From NCBI GenBank assembly GCA_964638465.1, contig CAZXAO010000001.1:1-35320 (forward strand): 35,320 nt of DNA. Direction: 5' to 3'. The notes under the pieces were generated by a model. It worked only from the letters and a program-made list of their open reading frames with translations, had not been told where the DNA came from and did no database searches. Positions 17,457 through 26,916 of the stretch are shown piece after piece (position 1 is the first letter of the stretch; each line of letters begins with the position of its first letter). The stretch comes from an uncultured bacterium. Its GTDB lineage: Bacteria; Hydrothermota; Hydrothermia; WGAB01. The translations under genes and the position numbers were made by a program.

Positions 17457-19817
17457 ATGAACCGATGGCTTCTCCTCCTGATCCTGGCCCTGCCCGTATC
17501 GGCCGGCCAGATCACCGGCCGGGTGCTGGACGCCGAACACCACACCCCCCTGGAATACGCCACCGTGCTCCTCTTCCGCTGGCCCGACACGACCAAGGTC
17601 ACCGGCGCCGCCACCGACGCACAGGGCCACTTCGTCCTCTCCCCGGTGCCCCCCGGCCGGTACCTCGTGACCGTGGACTTCCTGGGCTATCAGAAACACA
17701 CCCTGGGCCCCGTGGACCTGGCCCCCGGACAGGACCGGCTGGACCTGGGCACCCTCCTCCTGGAACCCGCTCCGCTTACAACCGAACCCGTGGAGGTCAC
17801 CGCTCCGGCCCCCTCCCTCACCTTTCGGGTGGACAAGAAGGTGATCCAGGTGGACCGTCAGACCACCAGTCAGGCGGCCACAGCCCTGGAGGTGCTGGAA
17901 ACCGTCCCTTCGGTGACCGTGGATCCGGAGGGCACCGTGTACCTCCGGGGCAGCAGCCACTTTACCCTGCTCATTGACGGCCACCCGACCCTGGTCAACC
18001 CCTCCGACGCCCTGGCCCAGATCCCGGCCAGCCTCATAGATCGCATCGAGATCATCACCTCGCCGTCGGCCCGGTACGATCCCGAGGGGGAGGTGGGCAT
18101 CCTCAATGTGATCCTCAAAAAACGCCGGGCTCCCGGCCTGGGGGGCCTCGTGAACCTCTTTGCGGGCCTGGACCAGAAGTACGGAGGCAACCTGCTGGTT
18201 AACCGTCGGTCCGGCCCGGTGAACCTCTACCTGACCGCCTACGGTAGCCTGCGGACCTATCCGGGCGACTTCCAGAGCCTACAGGTCCAGCCGAGCCTGG
18301 AACGAAAGGCCACCGGCACCTACCGCCGTCGGATGACCCCCTACGGCCTGCGGGGCGGCCTGGAACTCCGATTGGCCCGGGACTTCGTCAGCCTGGGAGG
18401 CAGCTGGAGCCGCTGGCACATGGAACGCCAGTTCCACCTGAACTACCACGAGGTCTGGCTGGATTCCGGAGGGACCCCGCTGGACTATGCCACCGAAGAC
18501 CAGTGGCAGCGGACGAGCCCGGCGGTCTCCGGCTTCCTGACCCTGCAACACGACTTCTCTGGTCGGCAGCATCGGCTGACCTTAGATCTCTTTGCCACCC
18601 GACGCCAGGCCACCGAGCGTTCCCACAGCCTGCGGTGGGATGCCGGAACCCCCACCCAGGGAGACGAGGCCCGGGAACGGGGCCCCTCGGTACACGGCCG
18701 GGCCCGACTGGAGTACCGGCGACCCCTGAGGCCCGGGACCCGACTGGAACTCGGCTACCAGGGGGCCTTGACCCGGAGTGAAACCCGGCGAACCTATGCG
18801 GTATACGACACCCTGCAGGGCGACTTCGTGGAACAGCCAGAGTACGGTTACCATTTGCGGTTCCAGCGGCAACACCACGCCCTGTACAGCCTGGTGGCCC
18901 TGGAAACCCCCACCTGGGGACTCCAGCTGGGCCTGCGGAGTGAACTCACCGACCGGTGGATCCTCCTGGCCGGCCAGCCGGACACCTTCCGGCTCCAGAG
19001 GCTGGACCTGTTCCCCAGTGTGCACCTCTCCTGGCAATGGTCCGGCGGTCGTCAGTGGATGCTGGGATACAGCCGGCGGATCCGCCGGCCCCGGGCCTGG
19101 TGGCTGGAACCCTACCTGACCTGGCTGGACGCCAACAACGCCCACCAGGGGAGCCCCCATCTGAAGCCCGCCTACAGCCACAGTCTGGAGCTGAGTTATC
19201 AGAGTCCTGTGGGGCCGGCGCTGCTCACGATGGAAGCCTACGGTCGGCAAACGCACCAGCGGATTGAACGGGTCCAGCGGCCCTACGGCGATCATGCCCT
19301 GCTCCACACCTACGAGAATGTGGGCACCTCCGAGGCCCTGGGCCTGGAAACCACCCTGGATCTGGAGCCTTTTCCGGGCTGGAACCTTCAGGTGCTCGGG
19401 GATGTGCACCGCTACTGGCTCCACGGCGAGCAGGGTACCCAGAGGAGCTGGAACGGTTCCCTGCGGGTGCGCAACGAACTGCGGTTGAGTTCCTGGGGAC
19501 AGCTCCAGGTGAACCTCCGGTATCGCAGTCCCTCGGTCACCTCCCAGGGCACCCGGGAGGGGTGGACCTCCCTGGACCTGGCGTGGAAACTCCGGCTCCG
19601 CCGGAATCTCCATCTCACGCTCCAGGTGCGGGACGCCCTGGCCACCAGCCGCTGGGCCTGGACCAGCGAAACCGGGGGCTGGACGGTGCAGCGGGAGTAC
19701 CGGCGAAAGGCACCCCAGGTGTCGGTGAACCTGCGGTATGTGTTCAACGGATACCGGCCCCGGCGGCAGCCTCAGATGCCCATGGAGGACACGGGCGAGG
19801 AGATGGACCTCTTCTAA
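17457..19817 (+). CDS. TonB-dependent-receptor-like outer membrane beta-barrel protein with an N-terminal CarboxypepD_reg domain
   Basis: I take the ATG at 17457 (SD ggagg 7 nt upstream) because the track start at 17352 lies upstream of the rplQ terminator (17366-17395), so that extension would read straight through it. Signal peptide MNRWLLLLILALPVSAG. GQITGRVLDAEHHTPLEYATVLL is CarboxypepD_reg-like. A plug-like segment (LEVLETVPSVTVDPEGTVYLRGSS) follows. The long C-terminal part alternates aromatic and polar residues like an OMP beta-barrel. Confidence 0.8.
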   Translation: MNRWLLLLILALPVSAGQITGRVLDAEHHTPLEYATVLLFRWPDTTKVTGAATDAQGHFVLSPVPPGRYLVTVDFLGYQKHTLGPVDLAPGQDRLDLGTLLLEPAPLTTEPVEVTAPAPSLTFRVDKKVIQVDRQTTSQAATALEVLETVPSVTVDPEGTVYLRGSSHFTLLIDGHPTLVNPSDALAQIPASLIDRIEIITSPSARYDPEGEVGILNVILKKRRAPGLGGLVNLFAGLDQKYGGNLLVNRRSGPVNLYLTAYGSLRTYPGDFQSLQVQPSLERKATGTYRRRMTPYGLRGGLELRLARDFVSLGGSWSRWHMERQFHLNYHEVWLDSGGTPLDYATEDQWQRTSPAVSGFLTLQHDFSGRQHRLTLDLFATRRQATERSHSLRWDAGTPTQGDEARERGPSVHGRARLEYRRPLRPGTRLELGYQGALTRSETRRTYAVYDTLQGDFVEQPEYGYHLRFQRQHHALYSLVALETPTWGLQLGLRSELTDRWILLAGQPDTFRLQRLDLFPSVHLSWQWSGGRQWMLGYSRRIRRPRAWWLEPYLTWLDANNAHQGSPHLKPAYSHSLELSYQSPVGPALLTMEAYGRQTHQRIERVQRPYGDHALLHTYENVGTSEALGLETTLDLEPFPGWNLQVLGDVHRYWLHGEQGTQRSWNGSLRVRNELRLSSWGQLQVNLRYRSPSVTSQGTREGWTSLDLAWKLRLRRNLHLTLQVRDALATSRWAWTSETGGWTVQREYRRKAPQVSVNLRYVFNGYRPRRQPQMPMEDTGEEMDLF

Positions 19818-20146
19818 GGGGTGTCCTTCGGCTCCCCGGCATCGGGATCAAAGGTATTCCGTACTTCCTCGCACCGGCACGGGATGGCGCCGCACTTGGG
19901 GCAGCCGTGGGCGTAGCGCTGGGCCGCCTCCTCCAGGTCCACACCGGCCAGGTTGGCCAGGGAGAAGAGCCAGGCCAGGGTATCGGAGAACTCCACGCGG
20001 AGGCTTTCGGGGTCCCCCTTCCGCAGGGCCTGGGCCAGTTCGCCCACCTCTTCAGCGAACCACATAAAAGTGCCTTCCAGGCCCCGGCGACGATCCTTGG
20101 CAAAGTAGGTCCGGCGGATGATCTCCTGCAGTTCCCGCAGCGTCAT
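19814..20146 (-). CDS. MazG-like nucleotide pyrophosphohydrolase domain protein with a Cys-rich C-terminal tail
   Basis: MTLRELQEIIRRTYF...FMWFAEEVGELAQAL...EFSDTLAWLFSLANLAGVDLEEA shows the MazG EExxE/ExxD helices. The tail is HGCPKCGAIPCRCEE. The ATG at 20146 overlaps the cdsA stop (ATGA), with ggaggtgggg upstream. The track start at 20164 is an extension into cdsA. Confidence 0.7.
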   Translation of the reverse strand: MTLRELQEIIRRTYFAKDRRRGLEGTFMWFAEEVGELAQALRKGDPESLRVEFSDTLAWLFSLANLAGVDLEEAAQRYAHGCPKCGAIPCRCEEVRNTFDPDAGEPKDTP

Positions 20147-20952
20147 CCCCCACCTCCCAGCCATCGGAGGAGCAGAAAGAACCAGGGGACCACGGTCAGG
20201 AGGCTATCCACCCGATCCAGGGCGCCGCCGTGTTCTCCGAAGAGGGTGGAAGAATCCTTACGGCCGTGGAGCCGTTTCAAGGCGGACTCTGCCAGGTCGC
20301 CCACATGGGCCACGGGCGGCAGGAGCACGGCCGAGGCCACCCGCACGGCCCAGGGGGCACCGGGCAACCCCAGGGCCACCGGCACGGTGGAAAGCCATCC
20401 CAGGAGAAAACCCTCCCAGGTTTTCTTCGGGCTGATGGCCGGGGCCAGGGGGTGTCGTCCCAGGGCCAGTCCCCAGAAAAGGGCCAGGGAATCAAACACG
20501 AAGACCACCAGGGCCGGGTACAGCAGGAGCCAGAGGCCCTGGTGGCGGATCCAGAGGGCCAGCACGCCGGGCAGGCCCAGGTACAGGTGGCCAAAGAGGA
20601 GGTCCCGGGTCAGGCGGAAGCTCTCCTGGCGGTAGAGCACCATCCAGAGCAGGAAGTAAAGGGTCAGGAGCACGAGCAGGCCCAGCACGAAGGTCTCCAG
20701 GATCCGGGCACTGGAGGCCTCCTGGAGCAGGAGGCCCTGGACCCCGGCAAAGAGCAGCGACTGGGCCAGAACGGCCACCGGGGCGGGCCAGCCCCGGCCG
20801 GGCTGGAGGATCCGGAGGTATTCCCAGAGGGCCAGGCCCAGGAAGAGGGTCACCAGGAGCCAGAAGGCCCACCCGCCCAGGAGCACAAGGGCCAGAAAGA
20901 GGGCCAGCAGCAGGGCCCCTACCAGGACCCGCTGTGCGAGGTGCTGGATCAC
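20143..20952 (-). CDS. cdsA: phosphatidate cytidylyltransferase (CDP-diglyceride synthase)
   Basis: Polytopic membrane protein with the CdsA C-terminal signature SALKRLHGRKDSSTLFGEHGGALDRVDSLL. The start overlaps the uppS stop by 4 nt. Confidence 0.88.
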   Translation of the reverse strand: MIQHLAQRVLVGALLLALFLALVLLGGWAFWLLVTLFLGLALWEYLRILQPGRGWPAPVAVLAQSLLFAGVQGLLLQEASSARILETFVLGLLVLLTLYFLLWMVLYRQESFRLTRDLLFGHLYLGLPGVLALWIRHQGLWLLLYPALVVFVFDSLALFWGLALGRHPLAPAISPKKTWEGFLLGWLSTVPVALGLPGAPWAVRVASAVLLPPVAHVGDLAESALKRLHGRKDSSTLFGEHGGALDRVDSLLTVVPWFFLLLRWLGGGG

Positions 20953-21653
20953 TCCGGGATGCCTCCGAAGCGCCGCTCCCGGCGGTTGTACTCCTCAATG
21001 GCCTTTAGGAGTTCCCGACGCCGGAAGTCGGGCCAGTAGGTGGGGGTGACATAGATCTCCGTGTAGGCGATCTGCCAGAGCAGGAAGTTGGACACCCGAA
21101 GTTCACCGGAGGTGCGGATCAGCAGGTCGGGGTCCGGCAACTCGGGATCGTACAGGAACCGCCGAAAGTCCTCCTCCTGGAGCTGGTCGGGCTGCACCTG
21201 CCCGGCCTGGAGCGCCCGGGCCAGTTTGAGGGCCGCATCCCAGATCTCGGCCCGGGCTCCGTAGGAAAGGGCCAGGTAGAGCTTGAGGCCTGTGTTGTGT
21301 CGGGTGGTCTCTATGGCCCAGTGGAGGCGTTCCTGCACCTCCGGAGGCAACTCGTGGATCCGGCCGATGGCCCGGATGGAAACATTGCGGCGGTTCAGCT
21401 CCTCCACTTCCCGCTGCAGCAGGTGCCGCAGCATGGCCATCAGGGTTTTGACCTCCCGGGAGGGCCGCCGCCAGTTCTCCCGGGAGAAGGTGTACAGGGT
21501 CAGATATTCCACCCCCAGTTCTGCGCAGACGCGGACGATCTCCCGAACGGACTCCACCCCCACCTTATGGCCGAAGACCCGGGGCAGCCCCCGCTGCCGG
21601 GCCCATCGGCCGTTGCCGTCCATGATGATGGCGATGTGTCGGGGGATTTCCAA
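20949..21653 (-). CDS. uppS: di-trans,poly-cis-undecaprenyl-diphosphate synthase
   Basis: HIAIIMDGNGRWARQRGLPRVFGHKVG, YLTLYTFSRENWRRP, LLIRTSGELRVSNFLLWQIAYTEIY, ERRFGG. I use the TTG at 21653 (M/L-EIPRHIAII), which has ggagga 6 nt upstream and lies 2 nt after the frr stop. The track start at 21848 would overlap frr by about 190 nt and adds only a low-complexity extension. Confidence 0.88.
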   Translation of the reverse strand: MEIPRHIAIIMDGNGRWARQRGLPRVFGHKVGVESVREIVRVCAELGVEYLTLYTFSRENWRRPSREVKTLMAMLRHLLQREVEELNRRNVSIRAIGRIHELPPEVQERLHWAIETTRHNTGLKLYLALSYGARAEIWDAALKLARALQAGQVQPDQLQEEDFRRFLYDPELPDPDLLIRTSGELRVSNFLLWQIAYTEIYVTPTYWPDFRRRELLKAIEEYNRRERRFGGIPE

Positions 21654-21657
21654 GCCG

Positions 21658-22221
21658 CTAATCCTCCAGGATCTCCTTCTCCTTCTTCTCGGCGGCCTCG
21701 TTGACCTCCCTGATGTACTTGTCGTGAATCTTCTGGATGCGGTCCTGGGCGCGTTTGCTGTCGTCCTCGGAGATCTCGTGGTTCTTTTCCATCCGGCGCA
21801 CCTGCTCAATGCCGTCGCGGCGGATGTTCCGGATGGCCACCCGGGCATCCTCAGCCAGCTTGTGGACCAGCTTCACCAGGTCCTGGCGTCGTTCGTCCGA
21901 CAGCGGAGGAATGGGCACCCGGAGGGTATCGCCGTCCACCTGGGGGTTCAGGCCCAGGCCGGCCGACCGGATGGCCCGATCAATCTCCCCCACCACGGAC
22001 TTGTCCCAGGGCTGCACCCGCAGGAGCCGGGGACCGGCCACCGAGATCGTGGCGATCTGCTGCAGGGGGATCTGGTTGCCGTAGTATTCCACCCGGATGC
22101 TCTCCAGAAGCGCAGGCGAGGCCCGACCGGTCCGGATCTTCAGGATCTCCTGTTTGAAAGCCTGGAGCGATTTGGACATCCGCTCCTCCACATCCTTGTA
22201 AATCTCTTCCAGGGTGGCCAT
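21658..22221 (-). CDS. frr: ribosome recycling factor
   Basis: MATLEEIYKDVEERMSKSLQAFKQEILKIRTGRASPALLESIRVEYYG...PIPPLSDERRQDLVK is canonical RRF. Confidence 0.96.
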   Translation of the reverse strand: MATLEEIYKDVEERMSKSLQAFKQEILKIRTGRASPALLESIRVEYYGNQIPLQQIATISVAGPRLLRVQPWDKSVVGEIDRAIRSAGLGLNPQVDGDTLRVPIPPLSDERRQDLVKLVHKLAEDARVAIRNIRRDGIEQVRRMEKNHEISEDDSKRAQDRIQKIHDKYIREVNEAAEKKEKEILED

Positions 22222-22243
22222 GATGTGTCTCCCCCTTGTTTGT

Positions 22244-22954
22244 TTACGGTTTCACCAGGGTTCCCACCCGTTCCCCCTGCAACACCCGGCTCAGGTGGCC
22301 GGGTTCCAGCAGAGCGAAGACCACCAGGGGGATCCGGGCTTCCAGGAGCAGGGTCGCCGCCGTGAGGTCCACCACCCGCAGCCGGCGTTCCACCATCTCC
22401 TGGTAGGTGAGTTCGGGCAGGAACCGGGCCCGGGGGTCGGTCTCCGGGTCCCCGGTGAACACCCCGGGCACCTTGGTGGCCTTGAGAACGGCGTCGGCCT
22501 GCAGTTCGGCCGCGCGCAGGGCCGCGGCCGTATCGGTGGTAAAAAAGGGATGGCCCGTGCCTCCAGCCAGGAGCACCACGGCGCCGTGCTCCAGGGCCTC
22601 CCGGGCGCGTTCTGGCGTGTAGCGGTCCACCAGGCCCTCCACCGGTCGGGCGGAGAACACCCGCGATGCGATCCCCTGTTGCTGGAGCAGGTCTGCCAGG
22701 GCCAGGGCGTTGATCATGGTGCCCAGCATGCCCATGGCGTCCCCGGTCACCCGGTGGAGGCCCAGGTGCTGGACATTGCGGCCCCGAAAAATGTTGCCGC
22801 CCCCCACCACGATGCCCATCTGAACACCGAGGCGGAGGGCGGCCTGAAGTTCCTGAATCAGGTACCGGAACCGGGCCGGCGAAAGGGGTTCATCGCCCTC
22901 TCCGAGCATCTCGCCGGAGACCTTGAGAATCACCCGTCCATATTGAAGCCCCAT
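22244..22954 (-). CDS. pyrH: UMP kinase
   Basis: RVILKVSGEMLGE, IVVGGGNIFRG, MGMLGTMINALAL, LAGGTGHPFFTTDTAAALRAAEL. Confidence 0.95.
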   Translation of the reverse strand: MGLQYGRVILKVSGEMLGEGDEPLSPARFRYLIQELQAALRLGVQMGIVVGGGNIFRGRNVQHLGLHRVTGDAMGMLGTMINALALADLLQQQGIASRVFSARPVEGLVDRYTPERAREALEHGAVVLLAGGTGHPFFTTDTAAALRAAELQADAVLKATKVPGVFTGDPETDPRARFLPELTYQEMVERRLRVVDLTAATLLLEARIPLVVFALLEPGHLSRVLQGERVGTLVKP

Positions 22955-22996
22955 GGGGTCCCGTGTTCCGGCTCAGCGGCCCGTGGCCGCCGGGCT

Positions 22997-23596
22997 CTAC
23001 TCTTCGCCCACCCGGAACCGGCAGAACCGGCGAACCTTGATGTTTTCTCCGATGCGGGCGATGTACTCCTTAATCAGATCCCCTACGGTCTTGGAGGGAT
23101 CCTTGATGAAGGGCTGCTCCAGGAGCACCTTTTCCTGGAAAAACTTTTCCAGTTTGCCCTCTACGATCTTCTCAATGACATGCGGGGGTTTCCCGCTCTT
23201 TTCCACCTGGGCGCGGTAGATCTCTTTTTCCTTCTCAATGACCTCGGGCGGAAGGTCCTCCCGGGACACGGCGATGGGATCCGAGGCGGCAATCTGCAGA
23301 GCGATGTCGTGGGCCAGGGTCCGGAACTCCTGGGTATTGGCCACGAAGTCGGTTTCGCAATTGACCTCTACGAGCACACCCAGCTTGGCGCCCGGGTGGA
23401 TGTAGGCCTCAATCAGGCCTTCGTTGGCCTCGCGGGCCATCTTCTTCTCGGCCTTGGCGGCGCCCATCTTGCGGAGCTCCTCCACGGCCTTCTCCATATC
23501 GCCCCCGGTCTTCTCCAGGGCGATCTTGCAGTCCAGAAAACCGGCTCCCGTCCGGTCTCGGAGTTCCTTGATCATCTTGGCGGTAATCTCTGCCAT
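22997..23596 (-). CDS. tsf: translation elongation factor Ts (short, about 199 aa form)
   Basis: [43 protein letters not shown], then [11 protein letters not shown]. The ATG at 23596 lies 1 nt after the rpsB stop. The track start at 23713 is an Arg/Pro-rich extension inside rpsB. Confidence 0.94.
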   Translation of the reverse strand: MAEITAKMIKELRDRTGAGFLDCKIALEKTGGDMEKAVEELRKMGAAKAEKKMAREANEGLIEAYIHPGAKLGVLVEVNCETDFVANTQEFRTLAHDIALQIAASDPIAVSREDLPPEVIEKEKEIYRAQVEKSGKPPHVIEKIVEGKLEKFFQEKVLLEQPFIKDPSKTVGDLIKEYIARIGENIKVRRFCRFRVGEE

Positions 23597-23597
23597 C

Positions 23598-24467
23598 TTA
23601 AATTGCCTCCTTCTCCTCCTCGGGTTCCTGGCCCTCCTGAGGCTGATCTGACGGTGCCTCCGGGGATGCAGGCCCCTCTGTTGCGGTGGAGGCCTCCCCG
23701 GCCGGTGCCTCAAACACCCGCTGTTCCACCAGGTAATCCCGGCCCTGTTTCCCGGCGACGACGGCGTCGGCCATCACCCGGGTGATCAGGCGGATGCTGC
23801 GGATGGCGTCGTCGTTCCCCGGGATCACATAGTCCACCATATCGGGGTCTCCGTCGGTATCCACCAGGGCCACCACGGGAATGCCCAGTTTCCGGGCCTC
23901 CTTAACGGCGATCTCCTCTTCCCGGACATCCACCACATAGAGAAGATCGGGCAGGGCGTCCATGTCGCGCACGCCGCCCAGCACCTTTTCCAGTTTTTCG
24001 CGCTGCCGGCGGAGCTTGATGGCCTCCTTTTTGGGCAGCAGGGCCATACGGCCGTCCTGCTCCATGCGCTCCAGGTCCTTCATGTACTCAATGCGGCTCT
24101 TGATGGTTTGAAAATTGGTAAGCATACCGCCGAGCCAGCGTTCGGTGACATAGAACACGCCGGCGCGTTCCGCCTCTTCCCGCACGATGTCCTTGCCCTG
24201 CCGCTTGGTGCACACGAAGAGGATCCGGCCGTTATCGCGGGCCACCTCCATCACCTTTTCGTAGGCGCGCTGGAGCAACTTCAGGGTCAGGCGGAGGTCA
24301 ATGATGTGGATCCCCTGCTTTTCGGTGAAGATGTAGGGCCTCATCTTGGGGTTCCAGCGCTGGCGACGGTGGCCAAAGTGAACCCCGGCTTCCAGCAGGT
24401 CCTGCAGGGTCACCGGAAGATCAACGCTTGGAGAACTGGGGCGCCTTTCTTCTCTTGGCGAGTCCAT
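23598..24467 (-). CDS. rpsB: 30S ribosomal protein S2, with an acidic C-terminal tail; start uncertain
   Basis: [30 protein letters not shown]-like (IHIIDL), [13 protein letters not shown]. The ATG at 24467 has aaggag 10 nt upstream but overlaps rpsI by 47 nt. An alternative GTG at 24413 ([15 protein letters not shown]) gives a conventional S2 N-terminus. Confidence 0.9.
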   Translation of the reverse strand: MDSPREERRPSSPSVDLPVTLQDLLEAGVHFGHRRQRWNPKMRPYIFTEKQGIHIIDLRLTLKLLQRAYEKVMEVARDNGRILFVCTKRQGKDIVREEAERAGVFYVTERWLGGMLTNFQTIKSRIEYMKDLERMEQDGRMALLPKKEAIKLRRQREKLEKVLGGVRDMDALPDLLYVVDVREEEIAVKEARKLGIPVVALVDTDGDPDMVDYVIPGNDDAIRSIRLITRVMADAVVAGKQGRDYLVEQRVFEAPAGEASTATEGPASPEAPSDQPQEGQEPEEEKEAI

Positions 24468-24813
24468 ACTTCATTCTCTCCTTCTCTCTGGGGTCGCGGG
24501 TGAGCATCCCGTGTTTTTTCAAGGTGTCCCGAAGGTCGGGGTCAGCCACCACCAGGGCCCGGGCCAGGGCGTGCCGCACGGCACCGGCCTGGCCGGACAG
24601 GCCGCCCCCGTGAACCTTCACCACCACATCAAACTTGCCCTCCGTGCGGGTCACCTTGAGGGGTTCCAGGGCGTGGATCACCAGGTCGTCCCGCCGGAAG
24701 TATTCCAGGGGCCGCCGACCGTTGACATACACCCGGCCGGTCCCCCCGGGCTTCAGGCGGAGCCGGGCCACGGCCCGCTTCCTGGACCCCGTGGTGAAGA
24801 TGATTTCCTGCAT
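24421..24813 (-). CDS. rpsI: 30S ribosomal protein S9
   Basis: [25 protein letters not shown]...[23 protein letters not shown]...[24 protein letters not shown] is canonical S9. Confidence 0.96.
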   Translation of the reverse strand: MQEIIFTTGSRKRAVARLRLKPGGTGRVYVNGRRPLEYFRRDDLVIHALEPLKVTRTEGKFDVVVKVHGGGLSGQAGAVRHALARALVVADPDLRDTLKKHGMLTRDPREKERMKYGLAKRRKAPQFSKR

Positions 24814-24828
24814 CCTGTGCCTCCCGAA

Positions 24829-25263
24829 TCAACGAACCTGGTTGACATCCAGGAACCTGGGTTTCTGTGCTGCGTGGGGGTGTACCGGCCCGGCATACAC
24901 TTTAAGCCGCTTGAGCATCCGGCGGCCCAGCCGGTTCTTGGGCAACATCCGCTTGACCGCCAGCTGGATCACCCGCTCGGGGTGGGTGGCCAGCATCTGA
25001 CGGGCCGTCCGCACCTTGAGCCCCCCGGGGTACCCGGAGTGCCGGTAGTACATCTTCTGATCCAGCTTCCTGCCGGTCAGCCGAACCTTTTCCGCATTCA
25101 CCACCACCACGAAATCCCCGGTATCCAGATGGGGCGTGTACTCCGGCTTCCGCTTGCCCATGAGCAACAGCGCAATCCGGGTCGCCAGGCGCCCCAACAC
25201 CTGGTCCGTGGCGTCAATCACCCACCAGTTGCGATGGATCTCCCTCGGTAAATAGGTCTTCAT
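24829..25263 (-). CDS. rplM: 50S ribosomal protein L13
   Basis: [60 protein letters not shown] prefer the ATG at 25263 (canonical MKT... start with a GAGG-type SD). Another in-frame ATG lies at 25275. Confidence 0.94.
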   Translation of the reverse strand: MKTYLPREIHRNWWVIDATDQVLGRLATRIALLLMGKRKPEYTPHLDTGDFVVVVNAEKVRLTGRKLDQKMYYRHSGYPGGLKVRTARQMLATHPERVIQLAVKRMLPKNRLGRRMLKRLKVYAGPVHPHAAQKPRFLDVNQVR

Positions 25264-25316
25264 CTCTCGCCTCACATGCTCTTGCCGTTCTGGGGGAACC
25301 CGTTGAAAGCCCGTTA

Positions 25317-25345
25317 TTTATACAGGGGTCCCCCACCGGTGTCAA
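25317..25345 (-). promoter_or_regulatory. sigma70-type promoter for the rplM-rpsI-rpsB... string
   Basis: On the minus strand: TTGACA (25345-25340), a 17-nt spacer, then TATAAA (25322-25317). It sits about 55 nt upstream of the rplM ATG, in the 118-nt gap after the transporter gene. Confidence 0.6.
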
Positions 25346-25381
25346 ACCACCGACGGGGCCTGGATTGTATAGCCCGAAGGC

Positions 25382-26845
25382 CTATCCGTAAAGGAACCGG
25401 CCGAAGACCAGGACCACCAGGGTCACCAGCACCACGCCCACCAGGTTCAGCCAGATGCCTGCCCGCACCATGTCCCGGATCTCCAGCCGTTCGCTGCCGA
25501 ACACGATGGCATTGGGCGGCGTGGCCACGGGCAGCATGAAGGCGCAGGAGGCCGACAGGGTGGCCGGCAACATCAACAGGAAGGGGTGGAGTCCCATCCC
25601 CTGGGCTGCGGCGGCAGCGATGGGCAGGAGCAGGGTGGCCGTGGCGGTATTGGAGGTCAGCTCCGTCAGGAAGGTGACGAGCAGGGCCGTGGTCGCCACC
25701 ATCAGGGGCACCGGGAGCACCGCCAGGCCGTGGAGGGCGTGGCCAATCCACTCACTCAGGCCCGAGGTTCCAAAGGCGTGGGCCAGGGCGAAGCCCCCGC
25801 CAAAGAGCAGCACCACCCCCCAGGGCACCTTCAGGGCGGTCTGCCAGTCCAGGACGAATCGCTGTCGGGCCCCGGGCAGGGGCACGCTGAAGAGCAACAG
25901 GGCCCCCAGCATGGCCACCGTAGCGTCGTGCACTGTGGCCCGAATCCCCAGGAGATCGGACCACCCTGGCAGGGTCACGAACCCCAGGTTCAGGCTCCGG
26001 CGGAAGATCCAGAGCAAGGCCACCAGGACGAAAACCGCCAGGGTGAACCGTTCCTCCACAGAGGCGGGGGGCAGGGCGGCGCGTTCCCGGGCGATCAACT
26101 CGGCGAAGGCCTTCCGGGGATTCCGTTCTACCCGGAACACGCCCCGGGCCAGGATCCACCAGGCCACGGGCAAAAAGAGGAGCACCAGGGGAACGCCCAC
26201 GGCGAGCCAGCGGGCGAAGGTCACCTCCAGGCCTACCAGTTCCCGGGCCTGACCGGCGAAGACGATGTTGGGGGGCGTGCCCACCAGGGTGGCGATGCCA
26301 CCGATGGAGGCGCTGTAGGCGATGCCCAGGAGCAGGGCCTTGTCAAAACGGTGCGTGCCCTCCTGGCGAAGGGCCACCACCGCCATGGCCATGGGGAACA
26401 TCATCATCGTAGTGGCCGTATTGCTGATCCACATGGAGAGGAAGGCCGTGGTGAGCATGAACCCCAGGAGAATGCCGGCTTCACTGGTGCTCCGCAGGGT
26501 GGAGAGGATGTAGAGGGCGATGCGTCGGTGCAGGCCGTGGGCCTCCATGGCCCGGGCGATGAAGAAGCCCCCCAGGAACAGGAAGATGTTGGGATTGGCA
26601 TAGGGAGCCGCCACGGCCTTGGCCTTCAGCACCCCGAAGAGGGGGAGGATCACCAGGGGCAACAGGGAGGTGGCGGGAATGGGCACCGCCTCGGTGATCC
26701 ACCACAGGGACATCCAGAGGGCCAGGGCCAGCACCACGCGGCCGGCGAAGGCGAGGCCCGGCAGGGGCCACAGGAGCACCCCCAGGAACCCCAGGGGGCC
26801 CAGAACCAGTCCCCAGCGCTGGTACCGCATACCCGTAGGATACAC
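25382..26845 (-). CDS. DASS/SLC13-family anion (di/tricarboxylate or sulfate):cation symporter
   Basis: Polytopic membrane protein with the two DASS hairpin motifs SNTATTMMMFPM and SNTATATLLLPI. The start is uncertain: GTG at 26845 or ATG at 26830. Confidence 0.82.
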   Translation of the reverse strand: MYPTGMRYQRWGLVLGPLGFLGVLLWPLPGLAFAGRVVLALALWMSLWWITEAVPIPATSLLPLVILPLFGVLKAKAVAAPYANPNIFLFLGGFFIARAMEAHGLHRRIALYILSTLRSTSEAGILLGFMLTTAFLSMWISNTATTMMMFPMAMAVVALRQEGTHRFDKALLLGIAYSASIGGIATLVGTPPNIVFAGQARELVGLEVTFARWLAVGVPLVLLFLPVAWWILARGVFRVERNPRKAFAELIARERAALPPASVEERFTLAVFVLVALLWIFRRSLNLGFVTLPGWSDLLGIRATVHDATVAMLGALLLFSVPLPGARQRFVLDWQTALKVPWGVVLLFGGGFALAHAFGTSGLSEWIGHALHGLAVLPVPLMVATTALLVTFLTELTSNTATATLLLPIAAAAAQGMGLHPFLLMLPATLSASCAFMLPVATPPNAIVFGSERLEIRDMVRAGIWLNLVGVVLVTLVVLVFGRFLYG

Positions 26846-26887
26846 CCAAACCTGGCAAAGGGCGAAAACATTGAGGAGTTTTCCGGG

Positions 26888-26916
26888 TTGACAGGTTGGG
26901 TCTGGCCCCGTATGCT
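26888..26916 (+). promoter_or_regulatory. candidate sigma70-type promoter for the blaI-like/blaR1-like pair
   Basis: TTGACA (26888-26893), a 17-nt spacer, then TATGCT (26911-26916). Because of its position, the TTG (26896) and ATG (26920) starts are unlikely to be used. Confidence 0.5.

Noticed and set aside
22955-22996. Possible hairpin or terminator between tsf and pyrH
   Set aside because: The stem is imperfect (ggcggcc / ggccgct), there is no T-tract, and the gap is only 42 nt inside an otherwise continuous operon.
19562-23785. Series of long plus-strand ORFs (19562..20635, 20230..21039, 21283..22365, 22214..23785)
   Set aside because: All are antisense to the conserved minus-strand genes cdsA, uppS, frr, pyrH and tsf. 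Their translations are Pro/Gly/His/Arg-rich and featureless.
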